From: Eledone cirrhosa
Taxonomy: Eukaryota
Direction of reading: 5' to 3'
Assembly (NCBI GenBank): GCA_964016885.1
Contig: OZ024744.1
Location: forward strand, 62,001 to 126,000
DNA length: 64,000 nucleotides
The translations under genes were made by a program, and so were the position numbers. Shown piece by piece: positions 36,836-51,800 of the stretch; positions within the stretch are counted from its first letter, which is position 1; each line of letters begins with the position of its first letter. The notes beneath the pieces are model-generated. The model had not been told where the DNA came from. It ran no database searches and worked only from the letters and a program-made list of their open reading frames with translations.

Positions 36836-39800
36836 TTTCCTTCAGTATATTACCAGAGTACTGAGTGGTGTACCACCCCATCACTGTGTCTGATACAGTG
36901 GCCTGCGTGTGACATCCTTCCTCTAAAGGTTCTTCCTTCAGTATATTACCAGAGTACTGAGTTGTGTACCACCACATAAATGTGTCTGATACAATGGCCT
37001 GTGAGTGACATCCTTCATCTACAAGTTCTTCCTTCAGTATATTACCGGAGTACTGAGTTGTGTACCACCCCATCACTGCGTCTGATAGAGTGGCCTGTGA
37101 GTGACATCCTTCTTCTACCGGTTCTTCCTTCAGCATATTACCAGAGTATTAAATTGTGTACCACCCTATCACTGTGTCTGATACAGTGGCCTGTGAGTGA
37201 CAACCTTCCTCTACATGTTCTTCCCTCAGTATATTACCAGAGTATGAGTTGTGTACCACTCCATCACTGTGTCTGATACAGTGGCCTGTGAGTCACATCC
37301 TTCCGCTACAGGTTCTTCCTTTAGTATATTACCAGAGTACTGAGTTGTGTACCACCCCATCACTGTGTCTGATACAGTGGCCTGTGAGTGACATCCTTCC
37401 TCTACAGGCTCTTCCGTCTGTATATTACCAGAGTACTGAGTTGTGTACGACCACATCACTGTGTCTGATACGGTGGCCTGTGAGTGACATCCTTCTTCTA
37501 CATGTTCTTCCTGCAGTATATTACCAGAGTACTGAGTTGTGTACCACCCCATCACTGTGTCTGATACAGTGGCTCGTGAGTGACATACTTCCTGTACAAG
37601 TTCTTCCCTCTTTACATTACCAGAGTACTGAGTCCTGTACACCCGGCCCCATAACTGCGTCTGATACAGTGGCCTGTGAGTGACAACCTTCCTCTACAGG
37701 TTCTTCCCTCTGTATATTATCAGAGTACTGAGTTGTGTACCACCCCATCACTGTGTCTGATACAGTAGCCTGTTAGTGACATCCTTCATCTACATGTTCT
37801 TCCTTCATTATCTTACCAGAGAACTGAGTTGTGTACCACCACATCACTGTGTCTGATACAGTGGCCTGTGAGTGACATCCTTCCTCTAAGATTCTTCCTT
37901 CAGTATATTACCAGAGTACTGAGTTGTGTACCACCCCATCACTGTGTTTGATACATTGGCCTGTGAGTGACATTCTTCCTCTATAGGTTCTTCCTTTAGT
38001 ATATTACCAGAGTACTGAGTTGTGTATCACTACATCACTGTGTGTGATAGTGACCTTTGAGTGACATCCTTCCTCATCAGGTTCTTCCTTCAGTATAATA
38101 CCAGAGTACTGAGTTGTGTACCACCACATCACTGCGTCTGATAGAGTGGCCTGTGAGTGACATCCTTCCTCTACAGGTTCTTCCTTCAGTATATTACCAG
38201 AGTATTAAATTGTGTACCACCCTATCACTGTGTCTGGTACAGTGGCCTGTTAGTGACAACCTTCCCCTACATGTTCTTCCCTCAGTATATTACCAGAGTA
38301 TGAGTTGTGTACCACTCCATCACATTGTCTGAATGTGGCCTGTGAGTGACATACTTCCTCTACAGTTTCTTCCTTCAGTATATTACCATAGTACTGAGTT
38401 GTATACCACGCCATCACTGTGTCTGATACAGTGGCCTGTGAGTGATATCCTTCCTCTACATGTTCTTCCTGCAGTATATTACCAGAGTACTGAATTGTGT
38501 ACCACCCCATCACTGTGTTTGATACAGTGGCCCGTGAGTGACATACTTCCTGTACAATTCTTCCCTCTTTACATTACCAGAGTACTGAGTTGTGTACCCC
38601 CCCCCCCGCCCATAACTGCGTCTGATACAGTGGCCTGTGAGTGACATTCTTCCTCTACAGGTTCTTCCTTCAGTATATTACGATAGTACTGACTTGTATA
38701 CCACCACATCAATGTGTCTGATACAGTTTACTGTGAGTGACTTCCTTCCTCTACATGTTCTTCCTTCAGTATATTACCAGAGTACTGAGTTGTGTACCAC
38801 CCCATCACTGTGTTTGATACATTGGCCTGTGAGTGATATCCTTCCTCTATAGGTTCTTCCTTTAGTATATTACCAGAGTATTGAGTTGTGTATCACTCCA
38901 TCACTGTGTCTGATAGTGACCATTGAGTGACAACCTTCCTCTACATGTTCTTCCCTCAGTATATTACCAGAGTATGAGTTGTGTACCATTCCATCACTGT
39001 GTCTGATACAGTGACCTGTGAGTAAAATCCTTCCTCTACAAATTCTTCCTTCAGTATATTACCAGAGTACTGAGTTGTGTACCACCCCATCACTGTGTCT
39101 GATTCAGTGGCCTGTGAGTGACATCCTTCCTCTACAGGTTCATCCTTCAGTATATTACCAGAGTACTGAGTTGTGTACCACCACATTACTGTGTCTGATA
39201 GAGTGGCCTGTGAGTGACATCCTTCCTCTACATGTTCTTCCTTCAGTATATTACCATAGTACTGAGTTGTATACCACCCCATCAATGTGTCTGATACAGT
39301 GGCCTGTGAGTGATATCCTTCCTCTACATGTTCTTCCGGCAGTATATTACCAGAGTACTGAGTTGTGTACCACCCCATCACTGTGTCTGATACAGTGGCC
39401 CGTGAGTGACATACTTCCTGTACAAGTTCTTCCCTCTTTACATTACCAGAGTACTGAGTTGTGTACCCCCCCCCCCCCCCCGCGCCCATAACTGCGTCTG
39501 ATACAGTGGCCTGTGAGTGACATACTTCCTCTACAGGTTCTTCCTTCAGTATATTACCATTGTACTGAGTTGTATACCACCACATCAATGTATCTGATAC
39601 AGTGGTATGTGAGTGACATCCTTCCTCTAAGATTCTTCCTTCAGTATATTACCAGAGTACTGAGTTGTGTACCACCCCATCACTGTGTTTGATACATTGG
39701 CCTGTGAGTGAAATCCTTCCTCTATAGGTTCTTCGTTTAGTATATTACCAGAGTACTGAGTTGTGTATCACTCCATCACTGTGTCTGATAGTGACCATTG

Positions 39801-42800
39801 AGTGACAACCTTCCTCTACATGTTATTCCCTCAGTATATTACCAGAGTATGAGTTGTGTACCACTCCATCACTGTGTCTGATACAGTGGCCTGTGAGTAA
39901 AATCCTTCCTCAACATATTCTTCCTTCTTTACATTACCAGAGTACTGAGTTGTGTACCACCACATCACTGTGTCTGATACAGTGGCTTGTGAGTGACAAC
40001 CTTCCTCTACATGTTCTTCCCTCTGTATATTATCAGAGTACTGAGTTGTGTACCACCCCATCACTGCGTCTGATACAGTGGCCTGTTAGTGACATCCTTC
40101 ATCTACATGTTCTTCCTTCAGTATCTTACCAGAGAACTGAGTTGTGTAACACCACATCACTGTGTCTGATACAGTGGCCTGTGAGTGACATCCTTCCTCT
40201 AAGATTCTTCCTTCAGTATATTACCAGAGTACTGATTTGTGTACCATCCCATCACTGTGTCTGATAGTGACCTGTGAGTGACATCCTTCCTCTACAGGTT
40301 CTTCCTTCAGTATATTACCAGAGTACTGAGTTGTGTACCACCACATCACTGTGTCTGATACAGTGGCCTGTGAGTGACAACCCTCCTCTACATGTTCTTC
40401 CTTCAGTATATTACCAGAGTACTGAGTAGTGTACCACCCCATCACTGTGTCTGATACAGTGGACTGTGAGTGGCATCCTTCCTCTACAGGTTCTTCATTC
40501 CATATATTACCAGAGTATTAAATTGTGTACCACCCTATCACTGTGTCTGATACAGTGGCCTGTGAGTGACAACCTTCCTCTACAGGTTCTTCCTTCAATA
40601 TATTACCAGAGTCTTAAATTGTGTACCACCTTATCACTGTGTCTGATGCAGTGGCCTGTGAGTGACAACCTTCCGCTACATGTCCTTCCCTCAGCATATT
40701 ACCAGAGTACTGAGTTGTGTACCACCCCATCACTGTGTCTGATAGTGGCCTGTGAGTGACATACTTCCTCTACAGGTTCTTCCTTCACTATATTACCAGA
40801 GTACTGAGTTGTATACCACTCCATCACTGTGTCTGATACAGTGGCCTGTGAGTGATATCCTTCCTCTACAGGTTCTTCCTTTAGTATATTACCAGAGTAC
40901 TGAGTTGTGTACGACCACATCACTGTGTCTGATACAGTGGCCTGTGAGTGATATCCTTCCTCTACAGGTTCTTCCTTTAGTATATTACCAGAGTACTGAG
41001 TTGTGTACGACCACATCACTGTGTCAGATACAGTGGCCTGTGAGTAACAACCTTCCTCTACAGGCTCTACCTTCAGTATATTACCAGAGGACTGAGTTGT
41101 GTACCACCCCATCATTGTGGATGATGCAATGGCCTGTGAGTGACAACCCTCCTCTACAGGTTCTTCCCTCAGTATATTACCAGAGTACTGAGTGGTGTAC
41201 CACCCCATCACTGTGTCTGATACAGTGGCCTGCGTGTGACATCCTTCCTCTAAAGGTTCTTCCTTCAGTATATTACCAGAGTACTGAGTTGTGTACCACC
41301 ACATAAATGTGTCTGATACAGTGGCCTGTGAGTGACATCCTTCATCTACAAGTTCTTCCTTCAGTATATTACCGGAGTACTGAGTTGTGTACCACCCCAT
41401 CACTGCGTCTGATAGAGTAGCCTGTGAGTGACATCCTTCTTCTACCGGTTCTTCCTTCAGCATATTACCAGAGTATTAAATTGTGTACCACCCTATCATT
41501 GTGTCTGATACGGTGGCCTGTGAGTGACATCCTTCTTCTACATGTTTTTCCCTCAGTATATTACCAGAGTATGAGTTGTGTACCACTCCATCACTGTGTC
41601 TGATACAGTGGCCTGTGAGTCACATCCTTCCGCTACAGGTTCTTCCTTTAGTATATTACCAGAGTACTGAGTTGTGTACCACCCCATCACTGTGTCTGAT
41701 ACAGTGGCCTGTGAGTGACATCCTTCCTCTACAGGTTCTTCCTTCTGTATATTACCAGAGTACTGAGCTGTGTACGACCACATCACTGTGTCTGATACGG
41801 TGGCCTGTGAGTGACATCCTTCTTCTACATGTTCTTCCTGCAGTATATTACCAGAGTACTGAGTTGTGTACCACCCCATCACTGTGTCTGATACAGTGGC
41901 CCGTGAGTGACATACTTCCTGTAGAAGTTCTTCCCTCTTTACATTACCAGAGTACTGAGTCGTGTACACCCGGCCCCATAACTGCGTCTGATACAGTGGC
42001 CTGTGAGTGACAACCTTCCTCTACAGGTTCTTCCCTCTGTATATTATCAGTGTACTGAGTTGTGTACCACCCCATCACTGTGTCTGATACAGTAGCCTGT
42101 TAGTGACATCCTTCATCTACATGTTCTTCCTTCATTATCTTACCAGAGAACTGAGTTGTGTACCACCACATCACTGTGTCTGATACAGTGGCCTGTGAGT
42201 GACATCCTTCCTCTAAGATTCTTCCTTCAGTATATTACCAGAGTACTGAGTTGTGTACCACCCCATCACTGTGTTTGATACATTGGCCTGTGAGTGACAT
42301 TCTTCCTCTATAGGTTCTTCCTTTAGTATATTACCAGAGTACTGAGTTGTGTATCACTACATCACTGTGTGTGATAGTGACCTTTGAGTGACATCCTTCC
42401 TCATCAGGTTCTTCCTTCAGTATAATACCAGAGTACTGAGTTGTGTACCACCACATCACTGCGTCTGATAGAGTGGCCTGTGAGTGACATCCTTCCTCTA
42501 CAGGTTCTTCCTTCAGTATATTACCAGAGTATTAAATTGTGTACCACCCTATCACTGTGTCTGGTACAGTGGCCTGTGAGTGACAACCTTCCTCTACATG
42601 TTCTTCCCTCAGTATATTACCAGAGTATGAGTTGTGTACCACTCCATCACATTGTCTGAATGTGGCCTGTGAGTGACATACTTCCTCTCAGTTTCTTCCT
42701 TCAGTATATTACCATAGTACTGAGTTGTATACCACGCCATCACTGTGTCTGATACAGTGGCATGTGAGTGATATCCTTCCTCTACATGTTCTTCCTGCAG

Positions 42801-45800
42801 TATATTACCAGAGTACTGAGTTGTGTACCACCCCATCACTGTGTTTGATACAGTGGCCCGTGAGTGACATACTTCCTGTACAATTCTTCCCTCTTTACAT
42901 TACCAGAGTACTGAGTTGTGTACCCCCCCCCCCCCGCCCATAACTGCGTCTGATACAGTGGCCTGTGAGTGACATTCTTCCTCTACAGGTTCTTCCTTCA
43001 GTATATTACGATAGTACTGACTTGTATACCACCACATCAATGTGTCTGATACAGTTTATTGTGAGTGACATCCTTCCTCTACATGTTCTTCCTTCAGTAT
43101 ATTACCAGAGTACTGAGTTGTGTACCACCCCATCACTGTGTTTGATACATTGGCCTGTGAGTGATATCCTTCCTCTATAGGTTCTTCCTTTAGTATATTA
43201 CCAGAGTATTGAGTTGTGTATCACTCCATCACTGTGTCTGATAGTGACCATTGAGTGACAACCTTCCTCTACATGTTCTTCCCTCAGTATATTACCAGAG
43301 TATGAGTTGTGTACCATTCCATCACTGTGTCTGATACAGTGACCTGTGAGTAAAATCCTTCCTCTACAAATTCTTCCTTCAGTATATTACCAGAGTACTG
43401 AGTTGTGTACCACCCCATCACTGTGTCTGATTCAGTGGCCTGTGAGTGACATCCTTCCTCTACAGGTTCATCCTTCAGTATATTACCAGAGTACTGAGTT
43501 GTGTACCACCACATTACTGTGTCTGATAGAGTGGCCTGTGAGTGACATCCTTCCTCTACATGTTCTTCCTTCAGTATATTACCATAGTACTGAGTTGTAT
43601 ACCACCCCATCAATGTGTCTGATACAGTGGCCTGTGAGTGATATCCTTCCTCTACATGTTCTTCCTGCAGTATATTACCAGAGTACTGAGTTGTGTACCA
43701 CCCCATCACTGTGTCTGATACAGTGGCCCGTGAGTGACATACTTCCTGTACAAGTTCTTCCCTCTTTACATTACCAGAGTACTGAGTTGTGTACCCCCCC
43801 CGCCCATAACTGCGTCTGATACAGTGGCCTGTTAGTGACATACTTCCTCTACAGGTTCTTCCTTCAGTATATTACCATTGTACTGAGTTGTATACCACCA
43901 CATCAATGTATCTGATACAGTGGTCTGTGAGTGACATCCTTCCTCTAAGATTCTTCCTTCAGTATATTACCAGAGTACTGAGTTGTGTACCACCCCATCA
44001 CTGTGTTTGATACATTGGCCTGTGAGTGAAATCCTTCCTCTATAGGTTCTTCGTTTAGTATATTACCAGAGTACTGAGTTGTGTATCACTCCATCACTGT
44101 GTCTGATAGTGACCATTGAGTGACAACCTTCCTCTACATGTTCTTCCCTCAGTATATTACCAGAGTATGAGTTGTGTACCACTCCATCACTGTGTCTGAT
44201 ACAGTGGCCTGTGAGTCACATCCTTCCGCTACAGGTTCTTCCTTTAGTATATTACCAGAGTACTGAGTTGTGTACCACCCCATCACTGTGTCTGATACAG
44301 TGGCCTGTGAGTGACATCCTTCCTCTACAGGCTCTTCCGTCTGTATATTACCAGAGTACTGAGTTGTGTACGACCACATCACTGTGTCTGATACGGTGGC
44401 CTGTGAGTGACATCCTTCTTCTACATGTTCTTCCTGCAGTATATTACCAGAGTACTGAGTTGTGTACCACCCCATCACTGTGTCTGATACAGTGGCTCGT
44501 GAGTGACATACTTCCGGTACAAGTTCTTCCCTCTTTACATTACCAGAGTACTGAGTCCTGTACACCCGGCCCCATAACTGCGTCTGATACAGTGGCCTGT
44601 GAGTGACAACCTTCCTCTACAGGTTCTTCCCTCTGTATATTATCAGAGTACTGAGTTGTGTACCACCCCATCACTGTGTCTGATACAGTAGCCTGTTAGT
44701 GACATCCTTCATCTACATGTTCTTCCTTCATTATCTTACCAGAGAACTGAGTTGTGTACCACCACATCACTGTGTCTGATACAGTGGCCTGTGAGTGACA
44801 TCCTTCCTCTAAGATTCTTCCTTCAGTATATTACCAGAGTACTGAGTTGTGTACCACCCCATCACTGTGTTTGATACATTGGCCTGTGAGTGACATTCTT
44901 CCTCTATAGGTTCTTCCTTTAGTATATTACCAGAGTACTGAGTTGTGTATCACTACATCACTGTGTGTGATAGTGACCTTTGAGTGACATCCTTCCTCAT
45001 CAGGTTCTTCCTTCAGTATAATACCAGAGTACTGAGTTGTGTACCACCACATCACTGCGTCTGATAGAGTGGCCTGTGAGTGACATCCTTCCTCTACAGG
45101 TTCTTCCTTCAGTATATTACCAGAGTATTAAATTGTGTACCACCCTATCACTGTGTCTGGTACAGTGGCCTGTTAGTGACAACCTTCCCCTACATGTTCT
45201 TCCCTCAGTATATTACCAGAGTATGAGTTGTGTACCACTCCATCACATTGTCTGAATGTGGCCTGTGAGTGACATACTTCCTCTACAGTTTCTTCCTTCA
45301 GTATATTACCATAGTACTGAGTTGTATACCACGCCATCACTGTGTCTGATACAGTGGCCTGTGAGTGATATCCTTCCTCTACATGTTCTTCCTGCAGTAT
45401 ATTACCAGAGTACTGAATTGTGTACCACCCCATCACTGTGTTTGATACAGTGGCCCGTGAGTGACATACTTCCTGTACAATTCTTCCCTCTTTACATTAC
45501 CAGAGTACTGAGTTGTGTACCCCCCCCCCGCCCATAACTGCGTCTGATACAGTGGCCTGTGAGTGACATTCTTCCTCTACAGGTTCTTCCTTCAGTATAT
45601 TACGATAGTACTGACTTGTATACCACCACATCAATGTGTCTGATACAGTTTACTGTGAGTGACTTCCTTCCTCTACATGTTCTTCCTTCAGTATATTACC
45701 AGAGTACTGAGTTGTGTACCACCCCATCACTGTGTTTGATACATTGGCCTGTGAGTGATATCCTTCCTCTATAGGTTCTTCCTTTAGTATATTACCAGAG

Positions 45801-48800
45801 TATTGAGTTGTGTATCACTCCATCACTGTGTCTGATAGTGACCATTGAGTGACAACCTTCCTCTACATGTTCTTCCCTCAGTATATTACCAGAGTATGAG
45901 TTGTGTACCATTCCATCACTGTGTCTGATACAGTGACCTGTGAGTAAAATCCTTCCTCTACAAATTCTTCCTTCAGTATATTACCAGAGTACTGAGTTGT
46001 GTACCACCCCATCACTGTGTCTGATTCAGTGGCCTGTGAGTGACATCCTTCCTCTACAGGTTCATCCTTCAGTATATTACCAGAGTACTGAGTTGTGTAC
46101 CACCACATTACTGTGTCTGATAGAGTGGCCTGTGAGTGACATCCTTCCTCTACATGTTCTTCCTTCAGTATATTACCATAGTACTGAGTTGTATACCACC
46201 CCATCAATGTGTCTGATACAGTGGCCTGTGAGTGATATCCTTCCTCTACATGTTCTTCCGGCAGTATATTACCAGAGTACTGAGTTGTGTACCACCCCAT
46301 CACTGTGTCTGATACAGTGGCCCGTGAGTGACATACTTCCTGTACAAGTTCTTCCCTCTTTACATTACCAGAGTACTGAGTTGTGTACCCCCCCCCCCCC
46401 CCCGCGCCCATAACTGCGTCTGATACAGTGGCCTGTGAGTGACATACTTCCTCTACAGGTTCTTCCTTCAGTATATTACCATTGTACTGAGTTGTATACC
46501 ACCACATCAATGTATCTGATACAGTGGTCTGTGAGTGACATCCTTCCTCTAAGATTCTTCCTTCAGTATATTACCAGAGTACTGAGTTGTGTACCACCCC
46601 ATCACTGTGTTTGATACATTGGCCTGTGAGTGAAATCCTTCCTCTATAGGTTCTTCGTTTAGTATATTACCAGAGTACTGAGTTGTGTATCACTCCATCA
46701 CTGTGTCTGATAGTGACCATTGAGTGACAACCTTCCTCTACATGTTATTCCCTCAGTATATTACCAGAGTATGAGTTGTGTACCACTCCATCACTGTGTC
46801 TGATACAGTGGCCTGTGAGTAAAATCCTTCCTCAACATATTCTTCCTTCTTTACATTACCAGAGTACTGAGTTGTGTACCACCACATCACTGTGTCTGAT
46901 ACAGTGGCTTGTGAGTGACAACCTTCCTCTACATGTTCTTCCCTCTGTATATTATCAGAGTACTGAGTTGTGTACCACCCCATCACTGCGTCTGATACAG
47001 TGGCCTGTTAGTGACATCCTTCATCTACATGTTCTTCCTTCAGTATCTTACCAGAGAACTGAGTTGTGTAACACCACATCACTGTGTCTGATACAGTGGC
47101 CTGTGAGTGACATCCTTCCTCTAAGATTCTTCCTTCAGTATATTACCAGAGTACTGATTTGTGTACCATCCCATCACTGTGTCTGATAGTGACCTGTGAG
47201 TGACATCCTTCCTCTACAGGTTCTTCCTTCAGTATATTACCAGAGTACTGAGTTGTGTACCACCACATCACTGTGTCTGATACAGTGGCCTGTGAGTGAC
47301 AACCCTCCTCTACATGTTCTTCCTTCAGTATATTACCAGAGTACTGAGTAGTGTACCACCCCATCACTGTGTCTGATACAGTGGACTGTGAGTGGCATCC
47401 TTCCTCTACAGGTTCTTCATTCCATATATTACCAGAGTATTAAATTGTGTACCACCCTATCACTGTGTCTGATACAGTGGCCTGTGAGTGACAACCTTCC
47501 TCTACAGGTTCTTCCTTCAATATATTACCAGAGTCTTAAATTGTGTACCACCTTATCACTGTGTCTGATGCAGTGGCCTGTGAGTGACAACCTTCCGCTA
47601 CATGTCCTTCCCTCAGCATATTACCAGAGTACTGAGTTGTGTACCACCCCATCACTGTGTCTGATAGTGGCCTGTGAGTGACATACTTCCTCTACAGGTT
47701 CTTCCTTCACTATATTACCAGAGTACTGAGTTGTATACCACTCCATCACTGTGTCTGATACAGTGGCCTGTGAGTGATATCCTTCCTCTACAGGTTCTTC
47801 CTTTAGTATATTACCAGAGTACTGAGTTGTGTACGACCACATCACTGTGTCTGATACAGTGGCCTGTGAGTGATATCCTTCCTCTACAGGTTCTTCCTTT
47901 AGTATATTACCAGAGTACTGAGTTGTGTACGACCACATCACTGTGTCAGATACAGTGGCCTGTGAGTAACAACCTTCCTCTACAGGCTCTACCTTCAGTA
48001 TATTACCAGAGGACTGAGTTGTGTACCACCCCATCATTGTGGATGATGCAATGGCCTGTGAGTGACAACCCTCCTCTACAGGTTCTTCCCTCAGTATATT
48101 ACCAGAGTACTGAGTGGTGTACCACCCCATCACTGTGTCTGATACAGTGGCCTGCGTGTGACATCCTTCCTCTAAATGTTCTTCCTTCAGTATATTACCA
48201 GAGTACTGAGTTGTGTACCACCACATAAATGTGTCTGATACAGTGGCCTGTGAGTGACATCCTTCATCTACAAGTTCTTCCTTCAGTATATTACCGGAGT
48301 ACTGAGTTGTGTACCACCCCATCACTGCGTCTGATAGAGTAGCCTGTGAGTGACATCCTTCTTCTACCGGTTCTTCCTTCAGCATATTACCAGAGTATTA
48401 AATTGTGTACCACCCTATCACTGTGTCTGATACGGTGGCCTGTGAGTGACATCCTTCTTCTACATGTTTTTCCCTCAGTATATTACCAGAGTATGAGTTG
48501 TGTACCACTCCATCACTGTGTCTGATACAGTGGCCTGTGAGTCACATCCTTCCGCTACAGGTTCTTCCTTTAGTATATTACCAGAGTACTGAGTTGTGTA
48601 CCACCCCATCACTGTGTCTGATACAGTGGCCTGTGAGTGACATCCTTCCTCTACAGGTTCTTCCTTCTGTATATTACCAGAGTACTGAGCTGTGTACGAC
48701 CACATCACTGTGTCTGATACGGTGGCCTGTGAGTGACATCCTTCTTCTACATGTTCTTCCTGCAGTATATTACCAGAGTACTGAGTTGTGTACCACCCCA

Positions 48801-51800
48801 TCACTGTGTCTGATACAGTGGCCCGTGAGTGACATACTTCCTGTAGAAGTTCTTCCCTCTTTACATTACCAGAGTACTGAGTCGTGTACACCCGGCCCCA
48901 TAACTGCGTCTGATACAGTGGCCTGTGAGTGACAACCTTCCTCTACAGGTTCTTCCCTCTGTATATTATCAGAGTACTGAGTTGTGTACCACCCCATCAC
49001 TGTGTCTGATACAGTAGCCTGTTAGTGACATCCTTCATCTACATGTTCTTCCTTCATTATCTTACCAGAGAACTGAGTTGTGTACCACCACATCACTGTG
49101 TCTGATACAGTGGCCTGTGAGTGACATTCTTCCTCTATAGGTTCTTCCTTTAGTATATTACCAGAGTACTGAGTTGTGTATCACTACATCACTGTGTGTG
49201 ATAGTGACCTTTGAGTGACATCCTTCCTCATCAGGTTCTTCCTTCAGTATAATACCAGAGTACTGAGTTGTGTACCACCACATCACTGCGTCTGATAGAG
49301 TGGCCTGTGAGTGACATCCTTCCTCTACAGGTTCTTCCTTCAGTATATTACCAGAGTATTAAATTGTGTACCACCCTATCACTGTGTCTGGTACAGTGGC
49401 CTGTGAGTGACAACCTTCCTCTACATGTTCTTCCCTCAGTATATTACCAGAGTATGAGTTGTGTACCACTCCATCACATTGTCTGAATGTGGCCTGTGAG
49501 TGACATACTTCCTCTCAGTTTCTTCCTTCAGTATATTACCATAGTACTGAGTTGTATACCACGCCATCACTGTGTCTGATACAGTGGCATGTGAGTGATA
49601 TCCTTCCTCTACATGTTCTTCCTGCAGTATATTACCAGAGTACTGAGTTGTGTACCACCCCATCACTGTGTTTGATACAGTGGCCCGTGAGTGACATACT
49701 TCCTGTACAATTCTTCCCTCTTTACATTACCAGAGTACTGAGTTGTGTACCCCCCCCCCCGCCCATAACTGCGTCTGATACAGTGGCCTGTGAGTGACAT
49801 TCTTCCTCTACAGGTTCTTCCTTCAGTATATTACGATAGTACTGACTTGTATACCACCACATCAATGTGTCTGATACAGTTTACTGTGAGTGACATCCTT
49901 CCTCTACATGTTCTTCCTTCAGTATATTACCAGAGTACTGAGTTGTGTACCACCCCATCACTGTGTTTGATACATTGGCCTGTGAGTGATATCCTTCCTC
50001 TATAGGTTCTTCCTTTAGTATATTACCAGAGTATTGAGTTGTGTATCACTCCATCACTGTGTCTGATAGTGACCATTGAGTGACAACCTTCCTCTACATG
50101 TTCTTCCCTCAGTATATTACCAGAGTATGAGTTGTGTACCATTCCATCACTGTGTCTGATACAGTGACCTGTGAGTAAAATCCTTCCTCTACAAATTCTT
50201 CCTTCAGTATATTACCAGAGTACTGAGTTGTGTACCACCCCATCACTGTGTCTGATTCAGTGGCCTGTGAGTGGCATCCTTCCTCTACAGGTTCATCCTT
50301 CAGTATATTACCAGAGTACTGAGTTGTGTACCACCACATTACTGTGTCTGATAGAGTGGCCTGTGAGTGACATCCTTCCTCTACATGTTCTTCCTTCAGT
50401 ATATTACCATAGTACTGAGTTGTATACCACCCCATCAATGTGTCTGATACAGTGGCCTGTGAGTGATATCCTTCCTCTACATGTTCTTCCTGCAGTATAT
50501 TACCAGAGTACTGAGTTGTGTACCACCCCATCACTGTGTCTGATACAGTGGCCCGTGAGTGACATACTTCCTGTACAAGTTCTTCCCTCTTTACATTACC
50601 AGAGTACTGAGTTGTGTACCCCCCCCGCCCATAACTGCGTCTGATACAGTGGCCTGTTAGTGACATACTTCCTCTACAGGTTCTTCCTTCAGTATATTAC
50701 CATTGTACTGAGTTGTATACCACCACATCAATGTATCTGATACAGTGGTCTGTGAGTGACATCCTTCCTCTAAGATTCTTCCTTCAGTATATTACCAGAG
50801 TACTGAGTTGTGTACCACCCCATCACTGTGTTTGATACATTGGCCTGTGAGTGAAATCCTTCCTCTATAGGTTCTTCGTTTAGTATATTACCAGAGTACT
50901 GAGTTGTGTATCACTCCATCACTGTGTCTGATAGTGACCATTGAGTGACAACCTTCCTCTACATGTTCTTCCCTCAGTATATTACCAGAGTATGAGTTGT
51001 GTACCACTCCATCACTGTGTCTGATACAGTGGCCTGTGAGTAAAATCCTTCCTCTACATATTCTTCCTTCAGTATATTACCAGAGTACTGAGTTGTGTAC
51101 CACCACATCACTGTGTCTGATACAGTGGCTTGTGAGTGACAACCTTCCTCTACATGTTCTTCCCTCTGTATATTATCAGAGTACTGAGTTGTGTACCACC
51201 CCATCACTGTGTCTGATACAGTGGACTGTGAGTGGCATCCTTCCTCTACAGGTTCTTCATTCCATATATTACCAGAGTATTAAATTGTGTACCACCCTAT
51301 CACTGTGTCTGATACAGTGGACTGTGAGTGGCATCCTTCCTCTACAGGTTCTTCATTCCATATATTACCAGAGTATTAAATTGTGTACCATCCTATCACT
51401 GTGTCTGATACAGTGGCCTGTGAGTGACAACCTTCCTCTACAGGTTCTTCCTTCAATATATTACCAGAGTCTTAAATTGTGTACCACCCTATCACTGTGT
51501 CTGATACAGTGGCCTGTGAGTGACAACCTTCCGCTACATGTTCTTCCCTCAGCATATTACCAGAGTACTGAGTTGTGTACCACCCCATCACTGTGTCTGA
51601 TAGTGGCCTGTGAGTGACATACTTCCTCTACAGGTTCTTCCTTCACTATATTACCAGAGTACTGAGTTGTATACCACTCCATCACTGTGTCTGATACAGT
51701 GGCCTGTGAGTGATATCCTTCCTCTACAGGTTCTTCCTTTAGTATATTACCAGAGTACTGAGTTTTGTACGACCACATCACTGTGTCTGATACAGTGGCC